A DNA stretch of 64,000 nucleotides from Macrostomum hystrix. Taxonomy: Eukaryota; Animalia; Platyhelminthes. The notes under the pieces were generated by a model. It was not told where the DNA came from. It ran no database searches and saw only the letters and a list, made by a program, of their open reading frames with translations. Position 1 is the stretch's first letter, and each line of letters opens with the position of its first letter. The position numbers and the translations under genes are program-made. Of the stretch, positions 14,750 to 26,550 are shown piece after piece. The stretch lies in the NCBI GenBank assembly GCA_950097015.1, contig CATNEN010000029.1, positions 5,890,001-5,954,000 of the forward strand, in the 5' to 3' direction.

Positions 14750-16590
14750 TCTCTACCATGTCTCATCTCACCTGTTTTATCTCTTCTATGTCTCATCTCA
14801 CCTGTTTTATCTCATCCGTGTCTCGTCTCACCTGTTTTATCTCTTCTATGTCTCATCTCACCTGTTTTATCTCATCCGTGTCTCATCTCACCTGTTTTAT
14901 CTCTTCTGTGTCTCATCTCACCTGTTTTATCTCTTCTGGTTCTCATCTCACCTGTTTTATCTCTTCCGTGTCTCATCTTACATTTATTATCGCTCTCGTG
15001 TCTTATCTCACCTGTGTTATCGCTTCCGTGTCTCATCTCACCTGTTTTATCTCTTCCGTGTCTCATCTCACCTGTTTTATCGCTTCCGTGTCTCATCTCA
15101 CCTGTTTTATCTCTTCCGTGTCTCCATCTTACCTGTTTCATCTCTTCCGTGTCCCAATCGCACCTGTTTTATCTCTTCCGTGTCTCCATCTCACCTGTTT
15201 TATCTCTTCTATGTCTCATCTCACCTGTTTTATCTCTTCCGTGTCTCCATCTCACCTGTTTTATCTCTTCCGTGCCTCATCTCACCTGTTTTATCTCTTC
15301 CGTGTCTCATCTCACCTGTTTTATCTCTTCTATGTCTCATCTCACCTGTTTTATCTCTTCCGTGTCTCATCTCACCTGTTGTATCTCTTCCGTGTCTCAT
15401 CTCACCTGTTTTATCTCTTCCGTGTCTCATCTCACCTGTTTTATCTCTTCTATGTCTCATCTCACCTGTTTTATCTCATCCGTGTCTCGTCTCACCTGTT
15501 TTATCTCTTCTATGTCTCATCTCACCTGTTTTATCTCTCTCGTGTCTCATCTCACCTGTTGTATCTCTTCTGTGTCTCATCTCACCTGTTTTATCTCTTC
15601 TGTGTCTCATCTCACCTGTTTTATCTCTTCTGGTTCTCATCTCACCTGTTTTATCTCTTCCGTGTCTCATCTTACATTTATTATCGCTCTCGTGTCTTAT
15701 CTCACCTGTGTTATCGCTTCCGTGTCTCATCTCACCTGTTTTATCTCTTCCGTGTCTCATCTCACCTGTTTTATCGCTTCCGTGTCTCATCTCACCTGTT
15801 TTATCTCTTCCGTGTCTCCATCTTACCTGTTTCATCTCTTCCGTGTCCCAATCGCACCTGTTTTATCTCTTCCGTGTCTCCATCTCACCTGTTTTATCTC
15901 TTCTATGTCTCATCTCACCTGTTTTATCTCTTCCGTGTCTCCATCTCACCTGTTTTATCTCTTCCGTGCCTCACCTCACCTGTTTTATCTCTTCCGTGTC
16001 TCATCTCACCTGTTTTATCTCTTCTATGTCTCATCTCACCTGTTTTATCTCTTCCGTGTCTCCATCTTACCTGTTTCATCTCTTCCGTGTCCCAATCGCA
16101 CCTGTTTTATCTCTTCCGTGTCTCCATCTCACCTGTTTTATCTCTTCTATGTCTCATCTCACCTGTTTTATCTCTTCCGTGTCTCCATCTCACCTGTTTT
16201 ATCTCTTCCGTGCCTCACCTCACCTGTTTTATCTCTTCCGTGTCTCATCTCACCTGTTTTATCTCTTCTATGTCTCATCTCACCTGTTTTATCTCTTCCG
16301 TGTCTCATCTCACCTGTTGTATCTCTTCCGTGTCTCATCTCACCTGTTTTATCTCTTCCGTGTCTCATCTCACCTGTTTTATCTCTTCTATGTCTCATCT
16401 CACCTGTTTTATCTCATCCGTGTCTCGTCTCACCTGTTTTATCTCTTCTATGTCTCATCTCACCTGTTTTATCTCTCTCGTGTCTCATCTCACCTGTTGT
16501 ATCTCTTCTGTGTCTCATCTCACCTGTTTTATCTCGTCCGTGTCTCATCTTACATTTATTATCGATCTCGTGTCTCATCTCACCCGTTTC
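14750..16590. repeat. 30/31-nt minisatellite (TCTCATCTCACCTGTTTTATCTCTTCCGTG)n with higher-order duplication
   Basis: About 60 units; the diagnostic variant CTTACATTTATTATCG recurs at ~14977, 15671 and ~16550. Confidence 0.95.
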
Positions 16591-17443
16591 TCATCTAGAG
16601 TTTTATGAATTATTCCTTTTCCTGCGAGGCATATTAAGCTAGCTCAAAGCTAGGTGCTGTAGGTACACTAGGTATTTGTGTTTTGGGTTAGCGATTGTGA
16701 TAACTAGGAGCCAAATAACGTAAGCGACAATGTCAGTTCTAGTAAGCGGGATGGATCAGACAAAGAAATGAGAGAAAATAATAATAAAACGACAACTATC
16801 TGCTTCTAGAAGATCAACAACGGCCCAATGTGCCTGTTGAGAGGAAAATAAAGCGAAGAATGGAATGGCTGCCTCAATGCACTTTTATTATTTATACTAG
16901 GATAAAGAGTATGCAGTAATGAGAATCTAAAAAAACCTTTGGATAAGAGAGGCTGAGGCCGGTAAGTAGGTTTTGGGAATAAATTGGAGCAATAGCCTGG
17001 GCCAGCCGCATTCTGGTGTGACTCGCTAAGCCTCCAAAAGCCTTCAGAAGCGCTCCCCATCTTCTGGGCTATGATGCCAATTTCAAGAAATCTCTCTCGA
17101 CTCACTAAGGAATTTGAGATGGATGCCGGAAGAGGCAGAGAAGAAGTCTGTACCATTCTCAGACACCGAGTCGCCTTTCCCACTCACTTATCCCGAATCC
17201 CTGATGTGTCACCTCTTGGTTGACTTTTAGTAATCCACCAGAGCTAAACTTACCTAGTTTTAGCCATTTTAATGAATACTTGGGCCCATAAAAGCAAGGC
17301 CGTAATAATGAGTCTTGGATAATTAACTAAAAAATAATAATTCTGAAAACCAATATCCAGTAAGCTCTACTCAGAACTTGTTAGTAGCACGTTTCGCGTT
17401 TTTTTAATTCTACTAATGGAATAGAATAAAAACTAATATTTAC

Positions 17444-17623
17444 CTGCTGATTAGTTCGATTATATCGCCCGCCATTAGAAGCGAATGACCTGCCATACTG
17501 CTGCTGCTGCTGCTGCTTAGAATAGAATCCATTTCCGCCGCCATAGTCGCCGCCATTGTTATAGTTTGAGTCGCGCCAGTTTCTCTGCATTTGAGGCTGA
17601 CCACCGAATGGCCGGAATGGCTT
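17444..17623 (-). CDS. Exon 3 (60 aa, G/Y/N/Q-rich) of the same gene
   Basis: ttgacag| acceptor, CAG|gtaaat donor, phase 0; KPFRPFGGQPQMQRNWRDSNYNNGGDYGGGNGFYSKQQQQQQYGRSFASNGGRYNRTNQQ. Confidence 0.7.
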
Positions 17624-17733
17624 CTGTCAACGTGATATTTGTGAGTTGAGTACTCTTTCTACAGTGAAATTGTAGGCCCTACAAACCAATGAACGTATTA
17701 TACACAGGATTCACAGGCTTGGGTCTCACTCAC

Positions 17734-17871
17734 CCTATCAAACTTTCCGCCTGTTTGTCGGTAACCCGTGCTGCCACTGGCGCCACCACCAGAGCCACTG
17801 ACAGCGCTGCCAGGCGAAGCCTCGACGGCATCGGCGGGATCGGCCTCTTGATCGTCGAGTCGCTTCTGCTC
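17734..17871 (-). CDS. Exon 2 (46 aa) of the same gene
   Basis: tactccag| acceptor, AGG|gtgagt donor, phase 0 at both ends; EQKRLDDQEADPADAVEASPGSAVSGSGGGASGSTGYRQTGGKFDR. Confidence 0.7.
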
Positions 17872-17989
17872 CTGGAGTACATATTTTAGTTCAGTTTATT
17901 TTTCTTCATAAAGTGCACGATAGACAGACCGAACAGAATTTTTGTATTGTATGTAAAAAAAGAAATTAAAAGCGACAAACACAAGAGTT

Positions 17990-18300
17990 GGTGGTGAGTG
18001 GCATAGGGATCTAACGCTTACGCCTCTCGCACCAAGGTTCCTGAGCTCGATTCAGCGGCGAGGCCGCATTAATTTAGGGCAGCGGAGAGAAGGTTCCAAG
18101 GGGCCCAACCTCCAAGGCACAGTGAGAGTGTACACTGCCCGACGAGAAAGTCAGGGCAGATATACACAACTGTGTGAGCGTGTGCCTGCACACAGAATCT
18201 GTGTGTGAGTGTGCTCAGGAGTCGGCAGAATGGGCAGAATAGCCTCCTCGCTGGCTGCGGGTCTAGTGTGACCAGAAAATTTCAAAATTTGCTTATGACT
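17990..18300 (+). mobile_element. SINE family A
   Basis: Colinear with the other copies (CCAACCTCCAAGGCACAG, GAGAAAGTCAGGGCAG, GGCTGCGGGTCTAGTG). Confidence 0.78.
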
Positions 18301-19139
18301 CGCCCTTTTACAGATTAGAGCATGTCACATAGGAATTGTAATAGCTGAGTCAGAAAAAAGATAATATGCAGCTGGACCGAATGGTAAGTTAAGACTGAAT
18401 GAGCCACAATTATTTTGTACTTTGTATCTGCTCACCTATTAACCCTACAGATTCCGCAATTGACTAAGAAACTAAAAAAAGAAATGCGACTTTGTGAAAA
18501 GAATGCGCTGCTGTTTATAGAAGCAAGCACTAGAATAAGAAACACACAAACCGCAGGCGGAAAAGCAACACAATGAGAGAAAAATGAGGTACAGAGAGAG
18601 AGCTAAAGCAACTGCAGGGGTCATGAGAAAGTATTGAATCAGTTAATTCTGCGTGAGTTCTTATTGAAAGCAGAAGCAAGCAAGAGCGAGAGTAAAGACA
18701 AGGCCGGGGCGTAATGGAATTGAGAAGAAAGACCAAGATGAAATCATGACAGAATCTCTCATACACAGAAACATTTCTTTCACTGCCCTTCTAAGAAGAC
18801 TTCCTATAGCGGCTTTTACTCTCTTCTAGTTAAACTAAGGCACGGAGGGCATAGAATCTGTTAGTAATAAAAAGAAAACAATACAACCAAGTAAGCCTTT
18901 TGGCCTCACTATTCCACAAAGGCAGGCACGCGGACAGGCGTGCGCAAGCGTGCTAAACACACTGCTGTTGCTGCTGCTGCTGCTGTTTTAGAAGCCGAGT
19001 CCTTTGACTCATTTATGCCTATCTCTAGAAGTCGCTTGACCACACCTATATGAGCAACTGTGGGGGCGGCAACTGAAGCAACAAACATTATCTAACTGGA
19101 CATATTTTAATAATTTTAATCATTTAATTGGGACAGATG

Positions 19140-19386
19140 GGCAGCAGACAGCACAGCCGCAGCTATTACGCGGCGCATCTGAAGGCTGCGTACAGCTTTT
19201 CAGTCCATGGACTGATGGACGCTACACCCACCCTCAATTACCCAAGCTAATGCTGGTAACCATTTAACAGCTAAATAAACTGAAGATTTAAGTGTCTTGC
19301 GAAAGGGCACAAATTTTTCCACTGGCGTCGGGATCCGAACCCCTGACCTTCAAGTCGTGAGTTTGACGCTTGATCACAAGGCTACA
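19140..19386 (-). mobile_element. tRNA-derived SINE family B (best-preserved copy)
   Basis: Revcomp tRNA-like head TAGCCTTGTGATCAAGCG...GGGGTTCGGATCCC, then TTGTGCCCTTTCGCAAGACACTTAA; marker CAGTCCATGGACTG shared by four copies. Confidence 0.7.
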
Positions 19387-20058
19387 ACTTAACTGGACAA
19401 AATTGAAATAAAAATACGGATCAATTGAAAGATCACAAGACAATACTTCCAAAAATGTATTCTAATAACTATTTCCAACAAGCGGGTATCTCCTTGTTTT
19501 CAACATTCCCACTGTGTACGAATTGCACTTTCCAAGCGTATACAGAGATTCAGCTAGGCGGGCCCGGATAAGGGACGAACGAACCTCGCTGCCTCAGTCG
19601 AAGTGCAACCTTTTAGACGCAGAAGTAAATCGCATATTCGGACATGCATATTTAAAAGATAGGTTAAAAGTGGAGGAATTGGTGTCTTTTTTTTCAGTCT
19701 GCCTTCCCTCATTCTCTTAGTCTGCCAACATTTATAAGCCGGCACTCGAATTCACCCTCAGGTTGCAGCTGTTCTTATTAGAACTGCAATATAACAGTAG
19801 GAGAGTGGTGGAGAGCAGGTGGCCTGACTTCAGACAAAAAATCACTCACAGACCTGCCTGATTGCACCGCTTAAGCAGCCCGGCAACTGTACGCTAGTAC
19901 TGCTTCTATAGAAAAGAGACAAGAATGACAGGGAGCAACGGAAAAGCATCAGGTATACCCAGTCAACTAGCAGTCACAGAAGTCTAGTTCTACAGCAGGC
20001 ACAATGTACGAGAAAAAATAGTAGCAGGTGTACTGTACTGCTTTCACTTAACGCCTAG

Positions 20059-20257
20059 GAGATTGACAGCTCAAACTATGAGCATCTGAGAGATTGACAG
20101 CTCAAACTATGAGAAATTCAGAGATTGACAGCTCAAACTATGAGAAGTTCAGAGATTGACAGCTCAAACTATGAGAAATTCAGAGATTGACAGCTCAAAC
20201 TATGAGAAATTTAGAGATTAACAGCTCAAACTATGAGCATCTGAGAGATTGACAGCC
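20059..20257. repeat. 31-nt tandem repeat (GAGATTGACAGCTCAAACTATGAGAAATTCA)n
   Basis: About 6 copies. Confidence 0.93.
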
Positions 20258-20829
20258 TAAACAGAAAGCATGTGTGCATTTTAATCTTACGAAATTTGTC
20301 TAATTAAACAGAAAAGTGTTTCGCATTTCCACCTGTGAAACATATGAGCCAGCTGCTAGCCAGTTGCTTTAGAGCGCAAAGTTTACTAATTAAGGGGGAA
20401 ACGTTGTAGAAGATCAGGTGCTGTATTGACATCAAGGAAGGCTAGCGAAATATAAACAGAAAAACAGAAAGGATATATCGTGTACTAATACTAGAGCGAT
20501 ATCTTGCCTCATTTTGGGTGTGGCGTACAAATAAAACAGGGGCCCACAGGGAGTCTGTTGTTGGAATTCGATTAAAACAGGACAATGGGTGCGGCGAAAG
20601 AACAACGAAAGCACTATTATTATTGAATTAATTATGCTAATTTCCACCAGAAAGTAAAAATGGAATGTTACGTTGATTTTATTACAGTAAACTTGTGATG
20701 AAATCCACTTTAATAGTGCAAACTATTAAATTAGCTATGTGTTAATCAACTGAGAGACAGGTTGATTGTGTGGCAATCAACTGAAGGACAGCCCGTATAA
20801 AACGGAACGGTCACAAAAGGGGGCTGTGA

Positions 20830-21300
20830 CCGTTTAGTCTGTGACCGTGAAACGTAACGCTGTGACCGTGAAACGTAACGCTGTGACCGTGAAACGTAAC
20901 GCTGTGACCGTTTAGTCTGTGGCCGTGAAACGTAACACTGTGACTGTTTTGTCTGTGACCGTGAAACGTAACACTGTGACTGTTTTGTCTGTGACCGTGA
21001 AACGTAACACTGTGACTGTTTTGTCTGTGATCGTGAAACGTAACACTGACTGTTTTGTCTGTGACCGTGAAACGTAACACTGACTGTTTTGTCTGTGACC
21101 GTGAAACATAACACTGTGACTGTTTTGTCTGTGACCGTGAAACGTAACACTGTGACTGTTTTGTCTGTGATCGTGAAACGTAACACTGACTGTTTTGTCT
21201 GTGACCGTGAAACGTAACACTGACTGTTTTGTCTGTGACCGTGAAACATAACACTGTGACTGTTTTGTCTGTGACCGTGAAACGTAACACTGTGACTGTT
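20830..21300. repeat. 34/36-nt array (GTGACCGTGAAACGTAACACTGTGACTGTTTTGTCT)n inside the CCC...GGG element
   Basis: Tandem copies carrying the element's GTGACCG subterminal motif. Confidence 0.9.
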
Positions 21301-21929
21301 TTGTGTGACCGTTCATATTATAGAAACTTAGGTCACCAGGTAACCGTTCACTGTGACTGTTTACTGTGACCGTTCTGTGACCGTTGTGTGACCGTCCTGA
21401 GACATATCTGCAGACATGGCCATATGATCGAAAGGTCAAGCAGAAGAATCGGAAACAGGAACATAGTGAATTATTTTTGCACCTAAAATGATTAAGCACA
21501 TAGTTCTTAAAAAATACATTGGCGTCATGCAAGCATGCTGGTTTATTTGAATTGCTTGATATTTGTTTATGATACACTCGTATTTTTGTATATTATTAGT
21601 AGCCTTACTGTGCTTCGATCTTGTCATCCATATGATTCGTATGGACGATGGCTGAAGTGTAACATTTAAACTAAAATCTAAAGTTTATGGATTCCGTTCA
21701 ATGCATCTATCCATGTATCTATTTACCTATACCCTATCTATATATATATATATATCGATCTATCTACCGTGTAAACGTCTGTGCATGTGTGGGAATGTGT
21801 TATATGCATTTGCATTTCAACTTGGTGTGCTCTATATACTGAAACCCTATTTCATCTACACGAGAGAAATAAAGAAATATAAGACTGAAAAAACGGTCAC
21901 AAAAAATGGTCACACTGATCAGTCACATA

Positions 21930-22351
21930 CCCCGTAAAAAATTCGGCTGCTTCTTCGGCGGGTTTTTTGTGAAAAATAGGAGTGGAATCTACCAAAAAAC
22001 CCCCTATCTCGCAAGAGTTAAATAAACCACCCAGGAAGCAGCCGATGTAACCGTAAATTGTGCGGAAACCGCCGAAGAATCACCCGAACCAGTGGCCCAT
22101 GGGACAACCAGAGAATTATTTACGGGCGATTCCTCGGCGGTTTCTGAGCATGGAATCTTCCGAACTGGAGGATTCTTTGGGTGATTCCATTTCGCCATCA
22201 AAAAGCACCGAGAAAACGCCTAGTTGGGTAGATTCTAAGCATGGAATCATCCGATTGGTATGTTTCCAGCGTTCGGCTGTTTCTTTTTCTGGAAACACCG
22301 CAGATTCCAACTGGAATCACCCAATTAGAAACATCCCTATTTTTTAGCGGG
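21930..22351. mobile_element. Nested MITE with CCC...GGG ends and TA flanks
   Basis: CCCCGTAAAAAA at left; TTTTTTAGCGGG at right (revcomp CCCGCTAAAAAA); TA on both sides; host GTCAC/GTGAC motifs resume outside. Confidence 0.6.
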
Positions 22352-22462
22352 TAGTGACCTTGATGAACGGTCACAAAAATTGTCACCAACGGTAACATGT
22401 GACCATAGCAGTCACATTGACAGTGACAATCCCTTTTTTGTGACCGCTCCGTTTTATACGGG

Positions 22463-23076
22463 CAGGTAGGCTGTGTGTTAATAAACTGAAGGACAGGTAG
22501 GCTGTGTTAATCAACTGAAGGACAGGTAGGCTGTGTGTTAATCAACTGAAGGACAGGTAGGCTGTGTGTTAATCAACTGAAGGACAGGTAGGCTGTGTGT
22601 TAATCAACTGAAGGACAGGTAGGCTGTGTTAATCAACTGAAGGACAGCTAGGCTGTGTGTTAATCAAATGAAGGACAGGTAGGTTGTGTGTTAATCAACT
22701 GAAGGACAGGTAGGCTGTGTGTTAATCAACTGAGAGACAGGTAGGCTGTGTGTTAATCAACTGAAGGACAGGTAGGCTGTGTGTTAATCAACTGAAGGAC
22801 AGGTAGGCTGTGTGTTAATCAACTGAAGGACAGGTAGGCTGTGTGTTAATCAACTGAGAGACAGGTAGGCTGTGTGTTAATCAACTGAGAGACAGGTAGG
22901 TTGTGTGTTAATCAACTGAAGGACAGGTAGGCTGTGTGTTAATCAACTGAGAGACAGGTAGGCTGTGTGTTAATCAACTGAAGGACAGGTAGGCTGTGTG
23001 TTAATCAACTGAAGGACAGGTAGGCTGTGTGTTAATCAACTGAGAGACAGGTTGATTGTGTGGCAATCAACTGAAG
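22463..23076. repeat. 31-nt minisatellite (CAGGTAGGCTGTGTGTTAATCAACTGAAGGA)n
   Basis: About 19 copies; its first units lie at 20735-20791 on the other side of the inserted transposon. Confidence 0.95.
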
Positions 23077-23158
23077 GTTGAGGACTGGTAGGTTGTGGGA
23101 ATCAACTGAGAGAGAGGCAACTAGAAGCAGACAAGCAGAATTCAGGAAAAAGTCGCAC

Positions 23159-23383
23159 CTCAGGCTGATCAGCTGCCTCCCCTTCAGTAGCAACATCAGC
23201 AGCAGCTTCCTCCGGCGCTGTTGACGTATCCGACTGACTGTTCGCTTCACCGTCTGGGACAGCTTCAGTCTTGGCTGTCAGCTGCTCAGCCGTATCGGAC
23301 GTTTCTTTCACGACTTCCGGCTCCGCTTCCGCCTGCGGCTGCTGCTGCTTTTCCACTTCGCTGATGTCGCTGCTTTCAGTCAT
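23159..23383 (-). CDS. Exon 1 (75 aa, acidic/Ala-rich) of an unidentified low-complexity protein gene
   Basis: ATG at 23383 preceded by an acceptor-like catag 7 nt upstream; reads MTESSDISEVEKQQQ...AADQPE and ends at phase-0 donor GAG|gtgcga. Confidence 0.7.
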
Positions 23384-23827
23384 GCCTTTTCTATGCCCAG
23401 TTGTTAAATAAAAAAATTAATCTATGTAAATAGCAAAAAGACTATGTTAAGTCAAAGAAGATCTCTTCTTTATCTACAAAGAAAAACAACTACAATGCCT
23501 GAGTAAGAAAGCTTTGCACTAACACTAGAAATCTATACTAACTATTATATTGGGTGAGGCAATTCTCGAAAATTGTGCACTCAAAAAGGAATTAGCCGAT
23601 GCAGTCTGATGGCGAACTGTGACGAAGGGACTCGGCTGCTGCAATGCATTAGATTGTGGGCGAGGGATGCATCAGCAAATGTGATTTTAAATACTGAACA
23701 AGTTGCTGTAGCGCATAGGAAAATGAAGGCTAAAACATTTATTTGTTTAATGCAATTAAATTAAAAACTTAGGACTTATTTCAAGAATATCGATCTCGAT
23801 TGATTATCTGGGATGGTTGAAAGTGAA

Positions 23828-24808
23828 CCTGGGATTCTGGAGGAAGAATCTGGGATTCTGGAGAAGGAAACTGGGATTCTGGAGGAAGAATCTGGGATTC
23901 TGGAGGAAGAAAACTGGGATTCTGGAGGAAGAAAACTGGGATACTGGAGGAAGAATCTGGGATTCTGGAGGAAGAATCTGGGATTCTTGAGAAGGAAACT
24001 GGGATTCTGGAAGAATCTGGGATTTTGGAGGAAGAATCTGGGATTCTGGAAAAGAATCTGGGATTCTGGAGGAAGAATCTGGGATTCTGGAGGAAGAATC
24101 TGGGATTCTGGAGGAAGAATTTGGGATTTTGGAGGAAGAATCTGGGATTCTGGAGAAGGAAACTGGGATACTGGAGGAAGAATCTGGGATTCTGGAGGAA
24201 GAATCTGGGATTCTTGAGAAGGAAACTGGGATTCTGGAAGAATCTGGGATTTTGGAGGAAGAATCTGGGATTCTGGAAAAGAATCTGGGATTCTGGAGGA
24301 AGAATCTGGGATTCTGGAGGAAGAATCTGGGATTCTGGAGGAAGAATTTGGGATTTTGGAGGAAGAATCTGGGATTCTGGAGAAGGAAACTGGGATTCTG
24401 GAGGAAGAATCTGGGATTCTGGAGGAAGAAAACTGGGATTCTGGAGGAAGAAAACTGGGATACTGGAGGAAGAAAACTGGGATTCTGGAAGAATCTGGGA
24501 TTTTGGAGGAAGAATCTGGGATTCTGGAGGAAGAATCTGGGATTCTGGAGGAAGAATCTGGGATTCTGGAGGAAGAATTTGGGATTCTGGAGGAAGAATC
24601 TGGGATTCTGGAGGAAGAAAACTGGGATTCTGGAGGAAGAATCTGGGATTCTGGAGGAAGAAAACTGGGATTCTGGAGGAAGAATCTGGGATTCTGGAGG
24701 AAGAATCTGGGATTCTGGAGGAAGAATCTGGGATTCTGGAGGAAGAATCTGGGATTCTAGAGGAAGAATTTGGGATCCTGGAGGAAGAATCTGGGATTCT
24801 AGAGGAAA
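23828..24808. repeat. 21-nt minisatellite (GGGATTCTGGAGGAAGAATCT)n with 18/24-nt variants
   Basis: Direct tandem periodicity. Confidence 0.95.
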
Positions 24809-24949
24809 ATACCTTACAGTCGATGTAGGATATGAGATTTAGGTGAGAGTAAAAGTGGAAACAGCACTCTTATTTTCTTATTTTCCAATATTTCTGTATT
24901 GATATCAGCCTTTGAATTTGCAAAAGCTCCAACAATTAAAAATAGCAAT

Positions 24950-25500
24950 CAGCAAAATGCGAGAAAATACTAATTTCGCGCTTCTCTCGCTCAAATATTT
25001 AGGATATAGGCGTTAAACACAATGTGCGCAAAACCTGAAAAAAACTTCATTAGCGATTTTGGACAGAGAAATTTTGTAGCAACAAAAAAGGCTATAAAAC
25101 TAGTGCACCGAGCGCACCCAAATAGGCACTAAGCCAGCCGTAGCACTGAGCAAAGTGTAAAAAGCTAGAAAATTTTCAACAAGCAAGAGGGCTTGCTGGA
25201 CACGCGCTGTGTGGGCTGAACCAAGCCTTCCCTTCGCCCACCAAGCCTTCGCTCTATCCCTCTTCCAATATGGCCGGAGAGCAGAAAGTGCCGACATGCC
25301 GAATTGCCGAAGGCGCTTTTTATTCTATACTAATTTCTAAAGTCTCTGTCCAGTCATGCTTAACACACACACACACAGTGTGCCCAGATAGCGCGCGACC
25401 TGAATTATCTAAAAATAGCATCAGAGCAGCCCCAGCAAAGCCAAGCAAGCATTGCTGCCCCTGTCCACCGGGAGTTTGGAGATGAGTTACCTCTCCACTC
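24950..25500. promoter_or_regulatory. Candidate bidirectional promoter between the divergent minus-strand gene and the ARMT1 cluster
   Basis: CpG-containing island next to a strongly CpG-poor stretch, between two divergent genes. Position and composition only. Confidence 0.3.
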
Positions 25501-26349
25501 AGCCTCAGCTGCAGGTCAATCACAGGACTATGATAATCGGCAGCTAAAACGAAAGTCGAAACTAAAATCTTGAAAAAATCACAAGCCATGCATAGATATA
25601 GGGAAAATAGTTGTATAGTTGTATAGGGAAAATTATATATAAAATAGTACACTATATTTACACAAGGAAATGGAGAGCATGGAAAGAGGCTAAGTAGATG
25701 TTCTGGGTCAGCTGCAAATAGGCACATGCATGCAATATATGATTAAATTGTTTACCAGTTGCATTTTGCCAGTTGTATGCCAATACAAGCTACCTAACTT
25801 TTCCTATCAATCAATTTTCCAGGTTTTTAGCAAATAATAGAAATTAGGCAAGGCCTAGTCTATGTGGACTAGTTTCTAGTCAAATATAATTATAGTAAGA
25901 AATAGTGAGTCACTATTTCTGTGAACTGTCAACAGAAGTAGATTTTATTCAAATTTAGTATTTAGTATTTATAACTAAATGGGCAAATCTTACCCAATAA
26001 GCATTATATAATTAGTTAATGAGATAAGACCACTCTTTGTTTTTACAGAGTGGTCTCTCTTACAAGCTAGTTGGATGATCTGGTGGTCTAAATCTGCACT
26101 TAAACAAAATACAGGGACTCAGGCATGCATTCTCTACTATCTTAGAATGGTAGTCAAGAAAAAATGTCCCATAGTTTTTGGCTATACTTGTAAATATGCA
26201 GTAAAGCAGTGCTAACCAGCAAAAGGAGGGCCAACATGTTCTTAATCTTATAATCATATACCTAACTTGTTACTAAAAGATGACAAATTTGATATATTTT
26301 AGGCAATAGAAAATTTATTTATTACTCTTGCCCTAATTGGTTTTGATGT

Positions 26350-26550
26350 GCAGCCAACAGCTAGACAAAGCTGATACATGGTATATCTGAAAGCTAAATA
26401 TAGCTGTTCAGTCCATGGACTAGGGGGATGCCAAACCTACAAAAATACCATAGAAAAAGTGTCACCTATTTAACAGATAAACTGTTATAATAGAGTCAAG
26501 AATCAAACCCTTCACATTCAAGTTATGAGTTAGATATACTAACCACTATG
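26350..26550 (-). mobile_element. SINE family B, heavily transition-mutated
   Basis: GCTGTTCAGTCCATGGACT marker and a residual head (AATCAAACCC..TTCAAGTTATGAG). Confidence 0.55.

Larger units (their letters stand above)
20792..22462. mobile_element. Non-autonomous CCC...GGG (CMC/EnSpm-like) element with 3-bp TSD, inserted into a 31-nt minisatellite
   Basis: TIR CCCGTATAAAACGGAACGGTCACAAAA / TTTTGTGACCGCTCCGTTTTATACGGG; CAG duplicated (20789-20791, 22463-22465); GTGAC/GTCAC subterminal motif amplified into an internal array. Confidence 0.85.

Noticed and set aside
14257-16642. 783, 670 and 618 aa ORFs
   Set aside because: Translation of the 21-nt and 30-nt arrays in all three frames; no splice or domain support.
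23813-24842. EEESGIL / WRKNLGF repeat ORFs
   Set aside because: 21-nt minisatellite with frame-switching indels.
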